Shown: positions 23,538 to 35,599, numbered from the whole stretch's first letter. The stretch: DNA of 63,922 nucleotides, filler included, from Octopus bimaculoides (GCF_001194135.2; 6 parts of 6 records of this genome joined end to end with filler, not necessarily neighbours in it), one strand, 5' to 3'. Notes: generated by a model from the sequence alone, not told the origin. Made by a program: numbers and translations.

Positions 23538-23571
<34 letters not shown>

Positions 23572-23687
23572 GGTGGTGGTGAGGAGGAGGAGGAGGAGGA
23601 CTTATTTATCATTATCTTCTTTTTTTTTACTATAGTCATCGAACTGGGCCATGCTGGGGCACTGCCCAGAAGGGGTTCAATCAAACA

Positions 23688-23790
23688 CAGTGGTTATCAA
23701 CCGTTTTTTTTTTTCGCCTGTGGAACCCCTTTGATTCCTATTTTACTCAGGGATGGGACCCTCATAGCCATTCGATCCCTAAAAGCTCCC
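23688..23790 (+). mobile_element. hAT/Charlie-type MITE left end
   Basis: CAGTGGTTATCAACCGTTTTTT..TGGAACCCCTTTGATTCCTATTTT; homologous to 27301-27380. Confidence 0.65.
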
Positions 23791-23925
23791 ATTATATTTT
23801 TACGATTAAATATTGTTAAGACTTGTATTTAAAAATCTTTAAAATAGTTTGTTGCATAAGTATAACCAGTTTATTCCAGATAAATCATAACAAAATTTTG
23901 TACAATTATCTCTTCTCCAATCAAC

Positions 23926-24275
23926 ATGGCTATATTCAAAGAAGGATGCATAGACGTACGTAACCTGGGGTAATTTTAGACGCAAGGTGATATACTTAAT
24001 GACGTCAGGCCACAAGACATCGATGTGACGCCATCAGCGAGGGCAAAATTTGTAGGACGCATGAACTCGTATCCGTCTTCGACGATTACAGGTTGTACGC
24101 TTCGTGTGGTCTGCCAAGAACCGTTGTTTCGGAAAGGCTTGGATCTCCAATACGAGCGATCTTCTCAGGTCTGGATGATAAGTAGCTATTGCTGAACATG
24201 CGCAGCAGCAATGGCGGTGTCTTCGGACTAAACGCTGTCTATGCTTCGACTGGGAAAGGCGCTGGAAACGTTCTT
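23926..24275 (+). pseudogene. Decayed L1/Tx1-clade ORF2 N-terminus (AP endonuclease)
   Basis: Across frameshifts and stops: MAIFKEGCIDVRNLG..QGDILND..; VFDDYRLYASCGLP; LFRKGLDL/IRAIFSGLDDK*LLLN; SNGGVFGLNAVYASTG. These are collinear with the N-terminal GCINVRGL and VAVYAP motifs of Tx1-type endonucleases. Confidence 0.6.
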
Positions 24276-24835
24276 GGAGACAACTTACATACACCGGGGT
24301 TATATTGCTTTAGCTGATCATCATCATCATCATCACCACCCCCTTCATCATTATCATCATCATTAGATAATGAATTAATGATGAACTTGTTGTTTTCTTT
24401 GAAGTGTATATTTCTGTATGTTTTGCTCGACACTGTTGTTCATATTGTTGTTGCTGTTGTTGTTTGTTCTGTCCACTTGACATTTTTGTTTTTGTTTGTG
24501 AAACTAACAAACAGGGGCGGATCGTATTTCTTTTGTCTTTATACACATACTTGCGTGTATGTATGTATGTATGTATATGTGTATGTATGTACGTGTTTCT
24601 CTCTCTCTCTCTCTCTATCTCTCTCGCTTACACAATCAAATAAATTCCACCCCCATCCCATCTCAGTCAACCTAACACCTCTGACAATCACTTTCGTCTT
24701 TGCTGTATTTCCTTTCTAACATCGTTGTCTCGTTACATAAACTCCTACAATCGCTGACACACAACTCACAAACAAACAAACAAACAAACAAACAAGCAAA
24801 CCATTTAATTTATTCCTTACGCACGACACGTTTTT

Positions 24836-24918
24836 GTGACGTCACGGCTTGCACGTGACTTGGACCTAATCCAGTGTACCTTATGTGGGAAAACTGCAGA
24901 CACTGAAAAAGGGGGCGG
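24836..24918. promoter_or_regulatory. Candidate CRE + E-box + GC-box module
   Basis: GTGACGTCAC (24836-24845), GCACGTGAC (24851-24859) and GGGGCGG (24912-24918) in non-repetitive-looking DNA. Motif match only. Confidence 0.3.
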
Positions 24919-24964
24919 ACAAATTGTCATGTTTGATAAAATTAAGAGGGTTTACATTTTTTAG

Positions 24965-25055
24965 AGGAGGCGGTCTACTGGCAGAATCGTTGGACAAAAT
25001 GCTGAGCGGCATATTTTCTGGCTCTTTAAGTTCTGAGTTCAAATCCCGCTGAGTC
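24965..25055 (+). mobile_element. SINE-A head fragment
   Basis: GGCGG..CTGGCAGAATCGTTGG..AAATGCTGAGCGG..GAGTTCAAATCCCG. Confidence 0.7.
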
Positions 25056-25718
25056 TTTATCTAGACACCTCTATAGGAGAAGGGGAACTCTAACGTAACA
25101 CTTGCAGTCTCGTTTTCATCCAATGATGTAGATTAATTCTTTTAGAGCAAATACATACGTTGTTTAGTAAATGGGAATGGCCCAGTGCAAGGTCTTTTCT
25201 TACTTAGAATTCTTCAAGCACAGGCATCGTTTGCCTTTCAACGTCTCTATTATGTGTTGCATACTATGGTACTATGGCTGGCAGTGGCCGAAAAACAAAA
25301 AGCAAAAGGCTCAATGAAAAATCCCATGATGGAATGAAGGTAGGTGACAGCGTAGGTGGGAACTCTCTGGACGTGTGTGGGTTTATCGTCGCCACATAGT
25401 TAATTGTAGATAAGAAAGCAGATCCAAAGTAGGACTGAAAAACTACATCCACGCTGCTTTAAAAGAACAATCAAGCGATGGCACAGTTCGAAATCAAGTG
25501 GAAGCCATCATTATACATAGATCCATGTATACATACATACATACATACATACATACATACATACATACATACAAGCACACGTACGTACGTAATAAACCTA
25601 TATACTCGTGTGCATATGCGTGGTATGAGTATATAAATAAAAATTGAACTACATATATATATAGATATATATATATATGCTGTTCCATTTATACATACAC
25701 ACACACACACACACATAC

Positions 25719-25796
<78 letters not shown>

Positions 25797-26169
25797 CATG
25801 TTGTATATGTAATTGTGCTTATTGCTGTTGACATATGTTTATATGTTTGTTTACATACAAACGTCGATACAACCTACAGGACATGTTTCATTCCTTTAGA
25901 TCTGTATACATATGTACATATATATATGTATGTGCGAATGCGTATATGTACATGTATGTATGTATGTATGTATGTGCGTATGTATGTATGTGTATACACA
26001 TTTAGAGGAATAAAGGAAGTTCAGCAGTTGTTTCAACATACATTTGTAAACAAACATTAACACAACTATAAATATCACATGAGAGATATGCAAATTTGCA
26101 TTTATATATATATATATATATATATNNNNNNNNNNNNNNNNNNNNNNNNNNNNNNNNNNNNNNNNNNNN

Positions 26170-26181
26170 TTAATTAATTAA
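26170..26181. other. Artificial scaffold linker N44-TTAATTAATTAA-N44 (also 32119-32130, 46331-46342, 57322-57333, 59756-59767)
   Basis: An identical 12-mer centred in exactly 100-bp gaps five times; it gives stop codons in all six frames. Confidence 0.95.
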
Positions 26182-26995
26182 NNNNNNNNNNNNNNNNNNN
26201 NNNNNNNNNNNNNNNNNNNNNNNNNATATATATATATATATGATATATATATATATATATATATGATATATATATATATATATATATATACATTGTATAT
26301 AAACTTTTTGGAAATGTTTCGTTAGATGCCCTGTTTTTGACATCGTTGAGGTCAAAAACATCTAAGTTATTTCTTTAGGTGTTGCTGTATGCGTGTGTGT
26401 GTGTATGTATGTGCGTGCATGCGTATGTGGTGTGTGATACTTGCTGTCCGTGTGTATGCATTTGTGTGTGTGTGTGTGTGAGAGAGAGACAGTGTCTATG
26501 GTGTGTGTGTTTGTGTTGGCGTGCGCGCGTGTGTATGTTTCAAATTCATTTGATAGTTGATGGCAGGCCGATGCTAGCTAATAATTTTAATCAGACTATA
26601 CACATCATTCAAACTGCATTACTCATCGTCAATCTCTGTGGTTTTATATCATATCAGCATATTTATAACACATTACATCTATTCCATTCTCTCCACAACA
26701 GCTGTTTTTGTATAACACATATTCTCTTCGTTTTTTTTATCATGTTGGCTGAATCGTAAATTTACGCTTCCTCCTTTTGCTAATGTCTTTAGTATGTATG
26801 AAAGTTATGGTGAATTTATCCTTGAAATAGATGGGAATTAAACGAAGAATTAACCACTCTAAAGAATGAAATATGTTTTTGATGCTGCTGCTGCTTTGCG
26901 TATTCCTTGACTTTTATGAAATATTTTGTTACATTTACGGAGATGTACTTGCATAGCAAGTGACCTGATCTGAGATCGTGTGCTGGAACGAAAAC

Positions 26996-27277
26996 AATTG
27001 CAGCGTGGAAGGCGTTTATAAGCCATTTAAAATAACACACAAAAACCGTCAGATTCACTTCAACATTTAAATTTAATTTGTCAAAATATTTTCGTCGCGA
27101 CCTGTTCACTGACAAAGTTCTGTGCTGCATCTACTCTTACAGCAGCACAGAGATGCAGCACAGAATTTTGACAAAGCGACGAAAATATTTTGGCAAATTA
27201 AATTTAAATGCTGAAGTGAATCTGACGGTTTTTGTGTGTTTCTTAAATGGCTTATAAACACCTTCCACGCTGCAATT
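26996..27277. repeat. ~280-bp long inverted repeat (fold-back element)
   Basis: Left arm AATTGCAGCGTGGAAGGCGTTTATAAGCC..AAAATATTTTCGTCGC pairs with right arm GCGACGAAAATATTTT..GGCTTATAAACACCTTCCACGCTGCAATT; there is an inner stem TTCTGTGCTGCATCT/AGATGCAGCACAGAA. Confidence 0.95.
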
Positions 27278-27300
27278 TGTTATATTTACTGAGTCTAAAG

Positions 27301-27616
27301 TAGGGGTGCTCAACCATTTTTTTTTTATCTATGGGCTCTTTCGTTACTATTTTATTCTGGTGGACACCATAACCATTCGATGCTTAAAACAGAAACTTCT
27401 TTCAAAATTCCTGTTTTGTTTTTCACCCATTAACTTGTGTACGTAGAACTTTGTTAAATATTAGAGAAAGAAATCTCGCTGTTTCTTGCAATACATGCAT
27501 CTAAAGCAAAATCTTTTCAGGGGGTCCTTAAAGTACCATTGTGGATCCCCAGTTTACTATTTTATTACGTTATATGGACCTTCAAGGGCCATACGGACCC
27601 CAGTTGAGAACCACAG
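27301..27616 (+). mobile_element. Complete hAT/Charlie-type MITE
   Basis: TIRs TAGGGGTGCTCAAC / GTTGAGAACCACAG (10/14); 8-bp TSD GTCTAAAG (27293-27300) / TTCTAAAG (27617-27624), fitting the nTCTAnAn Charlie preference. Confidence 0.8.
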
Positions 27617-27624
27617 TTCTAAAG

Positions 27625-29040
27625 TGAGGGATAGAACCCAGTTCCTTGCAGCCCCTCTCCAACATTGGTGCGGACGGTGCTGTTAATGTTCCGTTTAAAC
27701 TGCTGTAGGTCACCACTCGTAGGAAAGACATGAGTTGGATGAAGATTCCAGAGGGATGATGTTCTGGGTGCAGGGAGAAAGGATTGGGCATAGTAGTTTG
27801 CGCAAGCAAAGTGTGGTTGGATACAACAAAGTGGTTGGATACAACAAAGAAGCTGAGTGGTGTGGGATACCTGAGCGGTGGAAGTACAAGACCAGCCAGC
27901 TCTGAGAAGTAATGACTATTCAATTATAGCAGCAGCAGAAAAGATAGAGAGAGGATACATCATGGCCGTGAGCCAGAGGCTGGAGTGTGTCCAATTGGTC
28001 GAATAATCCTTCATTGATTGCGGTCCAAGATATCAGTGTGCCTAGTAGCAGCTTTTGTCCCAGATGTAAGAGCAATACTCCACCGTGGGTTCAACTTGAG
28101 CAGCTGTTTGGGGCTAAAATATTTTCTGAGTCTAAAGAGAAGAGCTAGTTTGGAGGATGTGATCCTAGCTGTGCTAAAGATGTGTTTTTGTCAGGAGAGA
28201 TCCTCAGCAATATAGAGATGTCTAGATTCGGAGTGACTGTGATGACTTAAATTGAATGTGAAGACTCTAGCCGAGTGTCCCTCATATGGAGTGAGACTGT
28301 TGTGTGGCGTTGTTTTCTTGATATGAATAGCGCTTGAGTTTTTGTGCTGTTAAAAGAGACAAGGTTTACATGGCTTCACTGAAGGATGTTCTCAGGGTTT
28401 CTGTTTATGGAATCAGTGTAGGTTTAGGTTTGGTGTGAAGTTGATAAACGGCTGGGGAAAGCTAAGGAAGAAGGAAGAGTTGTATTATCTGTATAAGAAC
28501 AGCTGTATCTGGATGTAGTCGTAAGGAGGTCATTGACGAATTACAGAAGGAAGTAAGTGGGGGAAAAACCAAACCCCGGGGAACACCTGAATTGATTGAA
28601 AGTGAGACAGAAAGATCTCTGTCAACATGTATGATTTGATAGGAAGCTATGGATTCAAGAGATGAGAAATGAGGATGGAGTATGATGGTGGGTAGTTTTT
28701 GGTAGATTTGCATGCCTGACATGGTCGAATGCTTTGCTGATGCCTAGGGTAACAACATTGCTTTTACTGAACTTCCCTAAAGTGAGAATCCTCTGGTGAG
28801 TGACATAAGAGAATAGATCATCAGTGGATCTGGTTCTGCGGTCATTGAGTGGAAAGGGGAGAGAGAGAGATGTAAGGTGTAAGTGTAGAAAAATGTCTTT
28901 GTAAATTACTGTCTCCATTACGTTTGAGTCGTTAGATGTGAGAGCAATAAGACAATAGTTGGCTGGGTGAAAGCCTCCTTCTTACTGTAGTGGCAGACAC
29001 AGCTAACTAGACTGAACTGTGGACATATGGATTGACCAGA
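27625..29040 (-). pseudogene. Decayed LINE reverse transcriptase (CR1/L2/Jockey group; clade unresolved)
   Basis: RT motifs with frameshifts: FHPANYCLIALTS (NYRPIAL), RTRSTDDL (RSTGD), LGISKAFDHVRH (DISKAFD.V.H), SINSGVPRG (GVPQG). Confidence 0.85.
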
Positions 29041-29112
29041 CATGAAGCGGCAGAGTTGCCTAACACGCAGTGGTACCTATTTACAGTTTAAGTGAACATT
29101 TGAAACAGGCTG

Positions 29113-29367
29113 GGATCATGTCCGGTAAGTTCACCCGTCATTAGTTCATCGCAGGAAAAATTCACCGTTATCAATTCACCGTTTTTTAAAAATTTTTGTT
29201 CAATGCAACAGTTTTTAACTATTAATAGTGAGATACTATGGATATATTTTCTCGGTGAACTTTCCTTGCGGTGAAATTTCTTCATGGCGAACTTTTCTCA
29301 TGGTGAACTTTCTTCACGGTGAACTTTCTTCACGGTGAATTGATGGCGGTGAACTTACTCTGTAGCC
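29113..29367. mobile_element. Non-autonomous DNA element with TIR cores and TTCACCG/CGGTGAA subterminal repeats (MULE-like, inferred)
   Basis: GTAAGTTCACC (29125-29135) / GGTGAACTTAC (29348-29358); TTCACCG is repeated in the left half and (C/T)GGTGAA in the right half. Confidence 0.65.
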
Positions 29368-29744
29368 GGCTAGGACACGATTCGTTGTCCTCTTAGTTGC
29401 ATGTCGTTCGTTTTTCCCAAAACTCACCAGAACTAAATCCCAACTGGACGGATATGTTAGCTTTTATTTAGTATTTGTTTAGCCTCCAAATCATATCACA
29501 CTGAGTAGACCGATGCTCAAAGATGTTTCAGTTAAGACTATCCGAATTTTTCTCACACAGACAAAACATCTCAAAATTTACGTCATCCAAAATGACCGAA
29601 ATTCTTTTTTAAGATTGTTATTTGCTATTTTTAGCAGATCAAGTACAGAAACATTAGTGTTTTACAGGAAGAGAATTGGTGAGAGGCGAAACAAGAACAA
29701 CTCTGAAAAATATAAGGTTTGTTGTCAGCTTGGGTTATTTTTTA

Positions 29745-29935
29745 CCTTTCACTTGTTTGAGTCTTTGAACTGCGACCATGCTGGATTTTAGTCGAACGAA
29801 TCAATTCCAGTGCTTATTTTACATTTAAGCCTGGTATTCATTCTGTCGGTGTCTTTGACCGAACCGCTAAGTTAAAAGAACGTAAACAAACCAACACCAG
29901 TTGTCAAGCAGTGGTGGTGGTGGGTATCCACACAC
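29745..29935 (-). mobile_element. SINE-B tail
   Basis: CTTGTTTGAGTC..CTGCGACCATGCTGG..GAACCGCTAAGTT..CACCAGTTGTCAAGC, homologous to 22068-22290. Confidence 0.75.
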
Positions 29936-30197
29936 ATAGATACATACATTTACACCACACAGTTGTAATTGAGGTTGCCGGGTAGCATCTATATTGCTAG
30001 AAATAAGAATTAAAACCCTCTTAGAACTGCAAATGTGTGTGTAAGGGGCTGGGATAAAATATGTTTCGTTCTTCACAGAATCACATCAAAACGCACCTTA
30101 CAAAAATATTCAAAATTCATGTATTACTTATAATTATGTTAATCATGGATACGACGACTTCAAAGATAAACAAACCAAAGATATCGGTTAGATTTAC

Positions 30198-30340
30198 AGG
30201 CGTGGCTATGTGGTAAGACTTTGCTTCCTAAGCACATGGTTCCGGGTTCACTCCAACCGCGTGACACCTCCGGCAAATCTCTTCTTCTATAGTTCCTTTG
30301 AGTGGATTTGGTAGATGGAAGCTGAAAGAAGCCCGTCTGT
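30198..30340 (+). mobile_element. SINE-B head
   Basis: CAGGCGTGGCTATGTGGTAAG..CCGGGTTCACTCC..GAGTGGATTTGGTAGATGGAAGCTGAAAGAAGCCCGTC. Confidence 0.8.
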
Positions 30341-30344
30341 GAAA

Positions 30345-30540
30345 CTGTTAATCCAGACACGTTTTTCCCTCTCTCCGTTTTTCTTTTCTCTGTCTTTATG
30401 TTTTCTTTCCTCATTCCTTTCTTTCGAAGAGCATAGGCTCGAAACGTCGAAAACGTCTTTAAATTTTCCTAAGTGTCAAACTAATACACGGTGCTTGTTG
30501 TTCCCTCACCTGTCTCTGTCTCTTTTTTGTACAGTTTTGA
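30345..30540 (+). mobile_element. Penelope-like terminal fragment (hammerhead-like motif), directly after a SINE-B head
   Basis: TCGAAGAGCATAGGCTCGAAAC (30424-30445)..AAACTAATACAC..GCTTGTTGTT..CACCTGTCT; homologous to 22445-22590. Confidence 0.55.
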
Positions 30541-30658
30541 AATACACGCACACACACACACACACATACACACATAAATATATATATATATATACACACA
30601 CACATATATATATATATATATAAACTTTATAAAGAATATTCAAAGGAATATTTTATTG

Positions 30659-30702
<44 letters not shown>

Positions 30703-30902
30703 TGCAAAAATTTAATGTACCTCAATAACTTCTACATTTTTCATTCAGTTTCTTTAAAATTTTGTACACAGCTGCTTCCTATCCCAGACCCGAACATAGG
30801 CTACTTAGATTTTAGAAAAATCGATATCGGGGCCTCTAGAGCGATAGGAAACCAACAATAGATGATTCCTCTTCATTTGCATTAATCAGCTGTTTTATAA
30901 TC

Positions 30903-31260
30903 TGTAGGGTCTTCCATACTTTCTTAATCTTTTTATAAAAGTGAAAGGATTTCGTCTATTTATTTATTTCCACTGCCCACCAGCGACGGTGATTAAATTG
31001 ATTAGGAACACTGAACGCATACACTTCCACAATTCTCAACCGATTTTCACCAAACTTTACGCACATTACTAATGTCTCAAGGATGGTCATGCACTAAACA
31101 TTTTGCCCAGAGCTCCCGCATAAATGGACCTAAATGGACACAGATTTTTTTTATGTAGGGTCTTCCATACGTTTTAAATCATTTTATGAAAGTGAAATGA
31201 TTTTGTCTATTTATTTATTTATTTATTTCGACTGCCCACTTGCCACGGTGATTAAATTGA
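30903..31260. repeat. Diverged ~100-bp direct repeat (30903-31001 / 31154-31260) within a probable Helentron/DINE-like relic
   Basis: TGTAGGGTCTTCCATAC..AAAGTGAAA..GTCTATTTATTT..ACTGCCCAC..ACGGTGATTAAATTGA twice; TCAACCGATTTTCACCAAACTTT lies between the copies. Confidence 0.6.
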
Positions 31261-32284
31261 ATATCCAATACCAAACAATCTTAAACTGCATTAAACTTTG
31301 GCAAGCTTACCTTTACCTATTCTGAGTTATTTGAAAGGTGATGTTTCCTTCCCTCTCTTCTATTTGTTGATACTTTTGTTTACCTATCAATGTGTTGTAT
31401 TAGTCTAAGTATGCTTATTTACCCATCCATTATGATATTTCGACTGTTGTCCATTGTTTCAAATACGTTTTAGTATTGTCGTTCTAGACTTTTTAAAAAA
31501 CAATCACATATTATTCGTCCAAAAGAATCAACCTTTAAATAAGAGTTTGGCTTCCACTAATGAAAGATATACGTAACTTTCAGAAAGCTCCATACCAATT
31601 TAAATTTATGCAGTATTCGCTGTTAGTTTATGCGCAAGCTATGTGGAAAGACAGAATAAAGGGAATTTTGTTAGCTTATCTCTCCGACAAAATAGCTCCC
31701 TTTGCAGTTGAAAAAGAATAAAAACTCGCAGAGGGGAAGTTTCAACGTCTTCCTTCAATTTCCTTACACCATTTATGAGGCTGTTTCTGCCAAGAAATCT
31801 TGCTTTCATGTAAAACAACTACATTTTGTAGTCATTATCCGTGATCTACTCCCAAAACACTTCTGTAGCTCTACTTTGCATCGTTTGCAAAGTTATATGC
31901 TCCATGGTCATTAAAGTGCAACGACCTGCAGAATAACCAGCCTTCAATTTGATTTTCCGTTCCTAGGTTAATCGGAAACATAGATTGCCGTGCTACTCAT
32001 AGGCCTTCTCGGTAGTTTAATCATTTGGTGAAAAGAATACCACCAAAGCAACTTAAACCGTCCAAGGTACGAGTNNNNNNNNNNNNNNNNNNNNNNNNNN
32101 NNNNNNNNNNNNNNNNNNTTAATTAATTAANNNNNNNNNNNNNNNNNNNNNNNNNNNNNNNNNNNNNNNNNNNNGTTAAAATTTTGTTCTATAAGAAAAT
32201 GGAAGTTCTCCGATTTGTTTGTCATCTGCAATCTTATTTTCATTTCTTTTTCTTTTTTTTTTTTTTTTGGTTGTTGTTGTTGAT

Positions 32285-32445
32285 GAGGTGTGGGTGTGTG
32301 GTTAGGAAGCTGGTTTCCCAACCATGTGGTCTTGAGTTCAGTCCCACTGCATGGCGTCCTTGGCAAATGTTTTCAACTATAACCCCAGACCAGCCAAAGC
32401 CATGTAAGTAAATTTGGTAGACAGAAACTGAAAGAAGTCTATTGT
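32285..32445 (+). mobile_element. SINE-B head
   Basis: GGTGTGGGTGTGTGGTTAGGAAGC..GAGTTCAGTCCCACTGC..CCTTGGCAAATG..GAAACTGAAAGAAG. Confidence 0.8.
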
Positions 32446-32459
32446 GTGTGTGTGTATGA

Positions 32460-32641
32460 ACAAGGAGGTGTTGAAAAGTTCTTGGTTTTAAGGGTATTGT
32501 GAAAGGCCAAAGGCCTGGTTGGAGGCTCAACCTTCCAAGTTCTTTTACAGGTCTTAGAAAGACTGAAGAACCACTGCAATAAGTGTATGAATCTGAGAGG
32601 GCGATGTGTTGAATAAAATCATAATTAACCGATCCTCCTGT

Positions 32642-32642
<1 letters not shown>
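32460..32642 (+). mobile_element. mariner-derived non-autonomous element (truncated)
   Basis: TIR-like GGTGTTGAAAAGTTC; LKNHCNKCMNLRGRCVE* corresponds to the mariner C-terminal KC..L.G.YVE; a second copy lies at 37662-37799. Confidence 0.7.
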
Positions 32643-32689
<47 letters not shown>

Positions 32690-33112
32690 TCACATATATG
32701 TAATCGACTTGCATCTCCCCCATAAAATTTCAGGCTTTGTATCTTTAACAGAAAGTATTGTTATTGTAGTAGTAGTAGTAGTAAACAGTTAGTTTTGAAT
32801 TTCTGAAGACAGCAAGTGCAGAAGTATTTCTAAAGTGAGACCATGGCACTTTAGAAAACAAAACATGGTTTGAGGGAATGATTATTAGATTAAATAATAA
32901 TAATAATAATGTTGTTGTTGTGATAATTTTTTTTGTTTTATTTTAACTACTTAAATATTTACTAGAAAAACTGAAAAAAAAAAGAAAAAATTCATCACAT
33001 AATTGTAGAAGAAAAACTACAAAGAAAGGTGGAAAATAATCAAAATATTTGCTAATTGCACCTGTTGCTGTGAATAAATTATGATGATGATAGTAATAAT
33101 AATAATCATAAT

Positions 33113-33352
33113 AACAAGAACACTCAGAGAGTGCAAACCTCCGCCGAGACAACATCAAGGTCCTCTCAGCGATTAGCCAGAGATGAGTTTTAAAATGAGA
33201 ATATCTGAAATTAGCTTGACTGCTCTCACAGATGAGAATACTAAAAATGAATCCGACCGCTCTCAAAAATTAAGTAAAAAAACAGGAAATATAATCCAGA
33301 ATCCTTGTTCAGTACCAGATTGATCCCAAAGTCTAATCAGTTTGTGCCAGTT
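33113..33352 (+). mobile_element. Helentron/DINE-like non-autonomous fragment
   Basis: Starts AACAAGAACACTCAGAGAGTGCAAACCTCCGCC and ends ..CCAGATTGATCCCAAAGTCTAATCAGTT; architecture recalled from HINE elements. Confidence 0.45.
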
Positions 33353-33354
33353 GG

Positions 33355-33470
33355 TCTGGGGTTATATATAGTAGAAGATGCTTGCTCAATGTGCTGTGTA
33401 GTGTGACTGAACCGGAAATCACATGGTTGCAAAACAAGCTTCTTAACCACACAGCCATGCCTGTGTCCAT
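33355..33470 (-). mobile_element. SINE-B head
   Basis: rc CAGGCATGGCTGTGTGGTTAAGAAGCTTG..CCGGTTCAGTCACAC..TTGAGCAAGCATCTTCTACTAT. Confidence 0.75.
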
Positions 33471-34444
33471 GCTATGTATGAATGGATGTTATATCTTTTG
33501 GGAGTTTCAGTATTCTTATTTTGGCCCTGATTATGTTTTTCCAAATCTTTCTTGGTCTGTGCCTGTTTTTGTTATTTTCTGCTTTATCTGATGATGCATT
33601 TCACTGTTATATGCAACAACATTTTCTATTTTTCTTTTGTTATGATTATTTTTTGTCCTTTTTTTTTTTGTTGTGCCTGGATAATTTTTCTTATCTTAAT
33701 TTGGCATTAACAGGTCTAGTGTGTTTATTATTGTGACATGCAGCTCATTCTAGGCCTACTCCATCACATATCAGTAGGAATTGCATGGAATGGGGCAAAA
33801 TAATGAGGGAGAAATTGGAAAATAATTGAAAGAATAATAAAAGTAAAAATAAAATAGAATTATTCACGTTTTTGTCTTTTATCATTTCGTCAGAAAAAAT
33901 AATAAATATGATGAAAAAATATAATTGCTATTACAAAAATAAATTTTCACAAACAGTCAATCAAATTACAAGAGCAAAATATATAATACAAAAACAGAAA
34001 AGACAAAACCCCAACAAACTAAAAATTACAAATATTTTTGTTTGTTTTTAAAAAGTGTTGAAATTAATTAGAATCTGCTGGGTAGCAAATTCATTAAATA
34101 AAAATAAAATCTAATGGAAAAATATGAATGAAAAATGTAAACGAACTAAAAATAAGTATTAAACAAAGAAAATGTAATGGAAAACCAGTAAACAAACATC
34201 ATTATATTGAATTGTTTCATCTACAGAAGCTTAATTTTTCAGTTGCTAAACCATAATTCTGTTCATTATTGCTGTCAAGTCTTAAAATGTTTAAGTTGTT
34301 TAACTGTAATTTCCTGTGACAAATGTCGAGGAGAGTTTTTGTTTGTTGAATCAGATTGCAGTGATGTGTGAAATGTTACCGATTATACATACATACACTC
34401 ATATATACACATACATAAACAGACACACACATGCACGCACATAT

Positions 34445-34515
<71 letters not shown>

Positions 34516-34757
34516 TTTACTTGTTTGCTTATACATCATCTTCATATATATAAATGAGTGTATGTGTGAGTATATATGAGTGTGTGTGTGTGTATAAATT
34601 TCTGTGGATATACATATGTGTGTATGTGTGTGTAGTGTGCTTTCTAGAATTATATATTTATGAGTGCCTGTATATGTGTGTGGTGTAGTTATGCACCATT
34701 ATGTGTGTCCTTTCATTTGCTAAGGTATGAAATAATTTTTGTCTTCATCATCACCAC

Positions 34758-34790
<33 letters not shown>

Positions 34791-34791
34791 T

Positions 34792-34836
<45 letters not shown>

Positions 34837-35180
34837 TTCTTCCTTCTCCTCCTCTCCACCTGCTGGTACCCCTTCTATTATTCCTTGTGTTATTGCTAAG
34901 AGCATCCATACAAAAAAGTTGCAAAGCTTGGATCATCTTGTGACATAATAATAATAATAATAATAATAATAATGGTGAGGGTTAACATTTCACTGTCAGT
35001 AAACTGTCTCATACTTCTGTACTCTTGAATACATGTCCCCTTACTTGAAAAATTGGTAAGGATTAATGACAGGGAAGCCATATGAGTGTAAAATATTACC
35101 TGGTTGATATGTATTCATCTAATCCATGCTAGCATAGAAAAATAGATGTAAAGTGAATGTGAAATAAATATATAACTAAT

Positions 35181-35592
35181 AGGTGTAGGCATGGCTGTTG
35201 TGTTTAAGAAGTTCGTTAAGCAGTTCCCAGCTATTTAGTTTCGAGCTTAGTCCACTGTGTGGCCCCTTGGGCGGGTGTTTTCTGCTATAACCCTGGGCTG
35301 ACCAAAGCCTTGGGAATGGAGTCAGAAGATGGAATCTGAAAGATCATCATATGTGTGTATGGTACAGGGAGTTGTTGAGAGTGAGTGTCACCATCGTGCA
35401 ACTAGTGACCTTTGTTTTCCAATCTTCCCTGAAAACATGTCTGGCAATGGGGAAATATTAGTGTGCTTGGAAACAGGTAAGGGTTGGTGACAATAAGGGC
35501 ATTCAGCTACAGCTATAGAAAATCTGTGTCAGCAGGTTCCTTCTGAACCATGCAAGTATGGCAAAAGAGGATATTAAATGATAACAATGATG
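35181..35592 (+). mobile_element. SINE with SINE-B-type head but an alternative RTE-type tail
   Basis: Head GGTGTAGGCATGGCTGTTGTG..CCTTGGGCGGGTG..GACCAAAGCCTTG; tail GGAAACAGGTAAGGGTTGGTGACAATAAGGGCAT..CCATGCAAGTATGG..TTAAATGATAACAATGATGATG. Confidence 0.65.
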
Positions 35593-35599
35593 ATGTAAA

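Noticed and set aside
26170-26181. TTAATTAATTAA as a conserved regulatory or homeodomain motif
   Set aside because: It is always centred in 100-bp N blocks, so it is an assembly linker.
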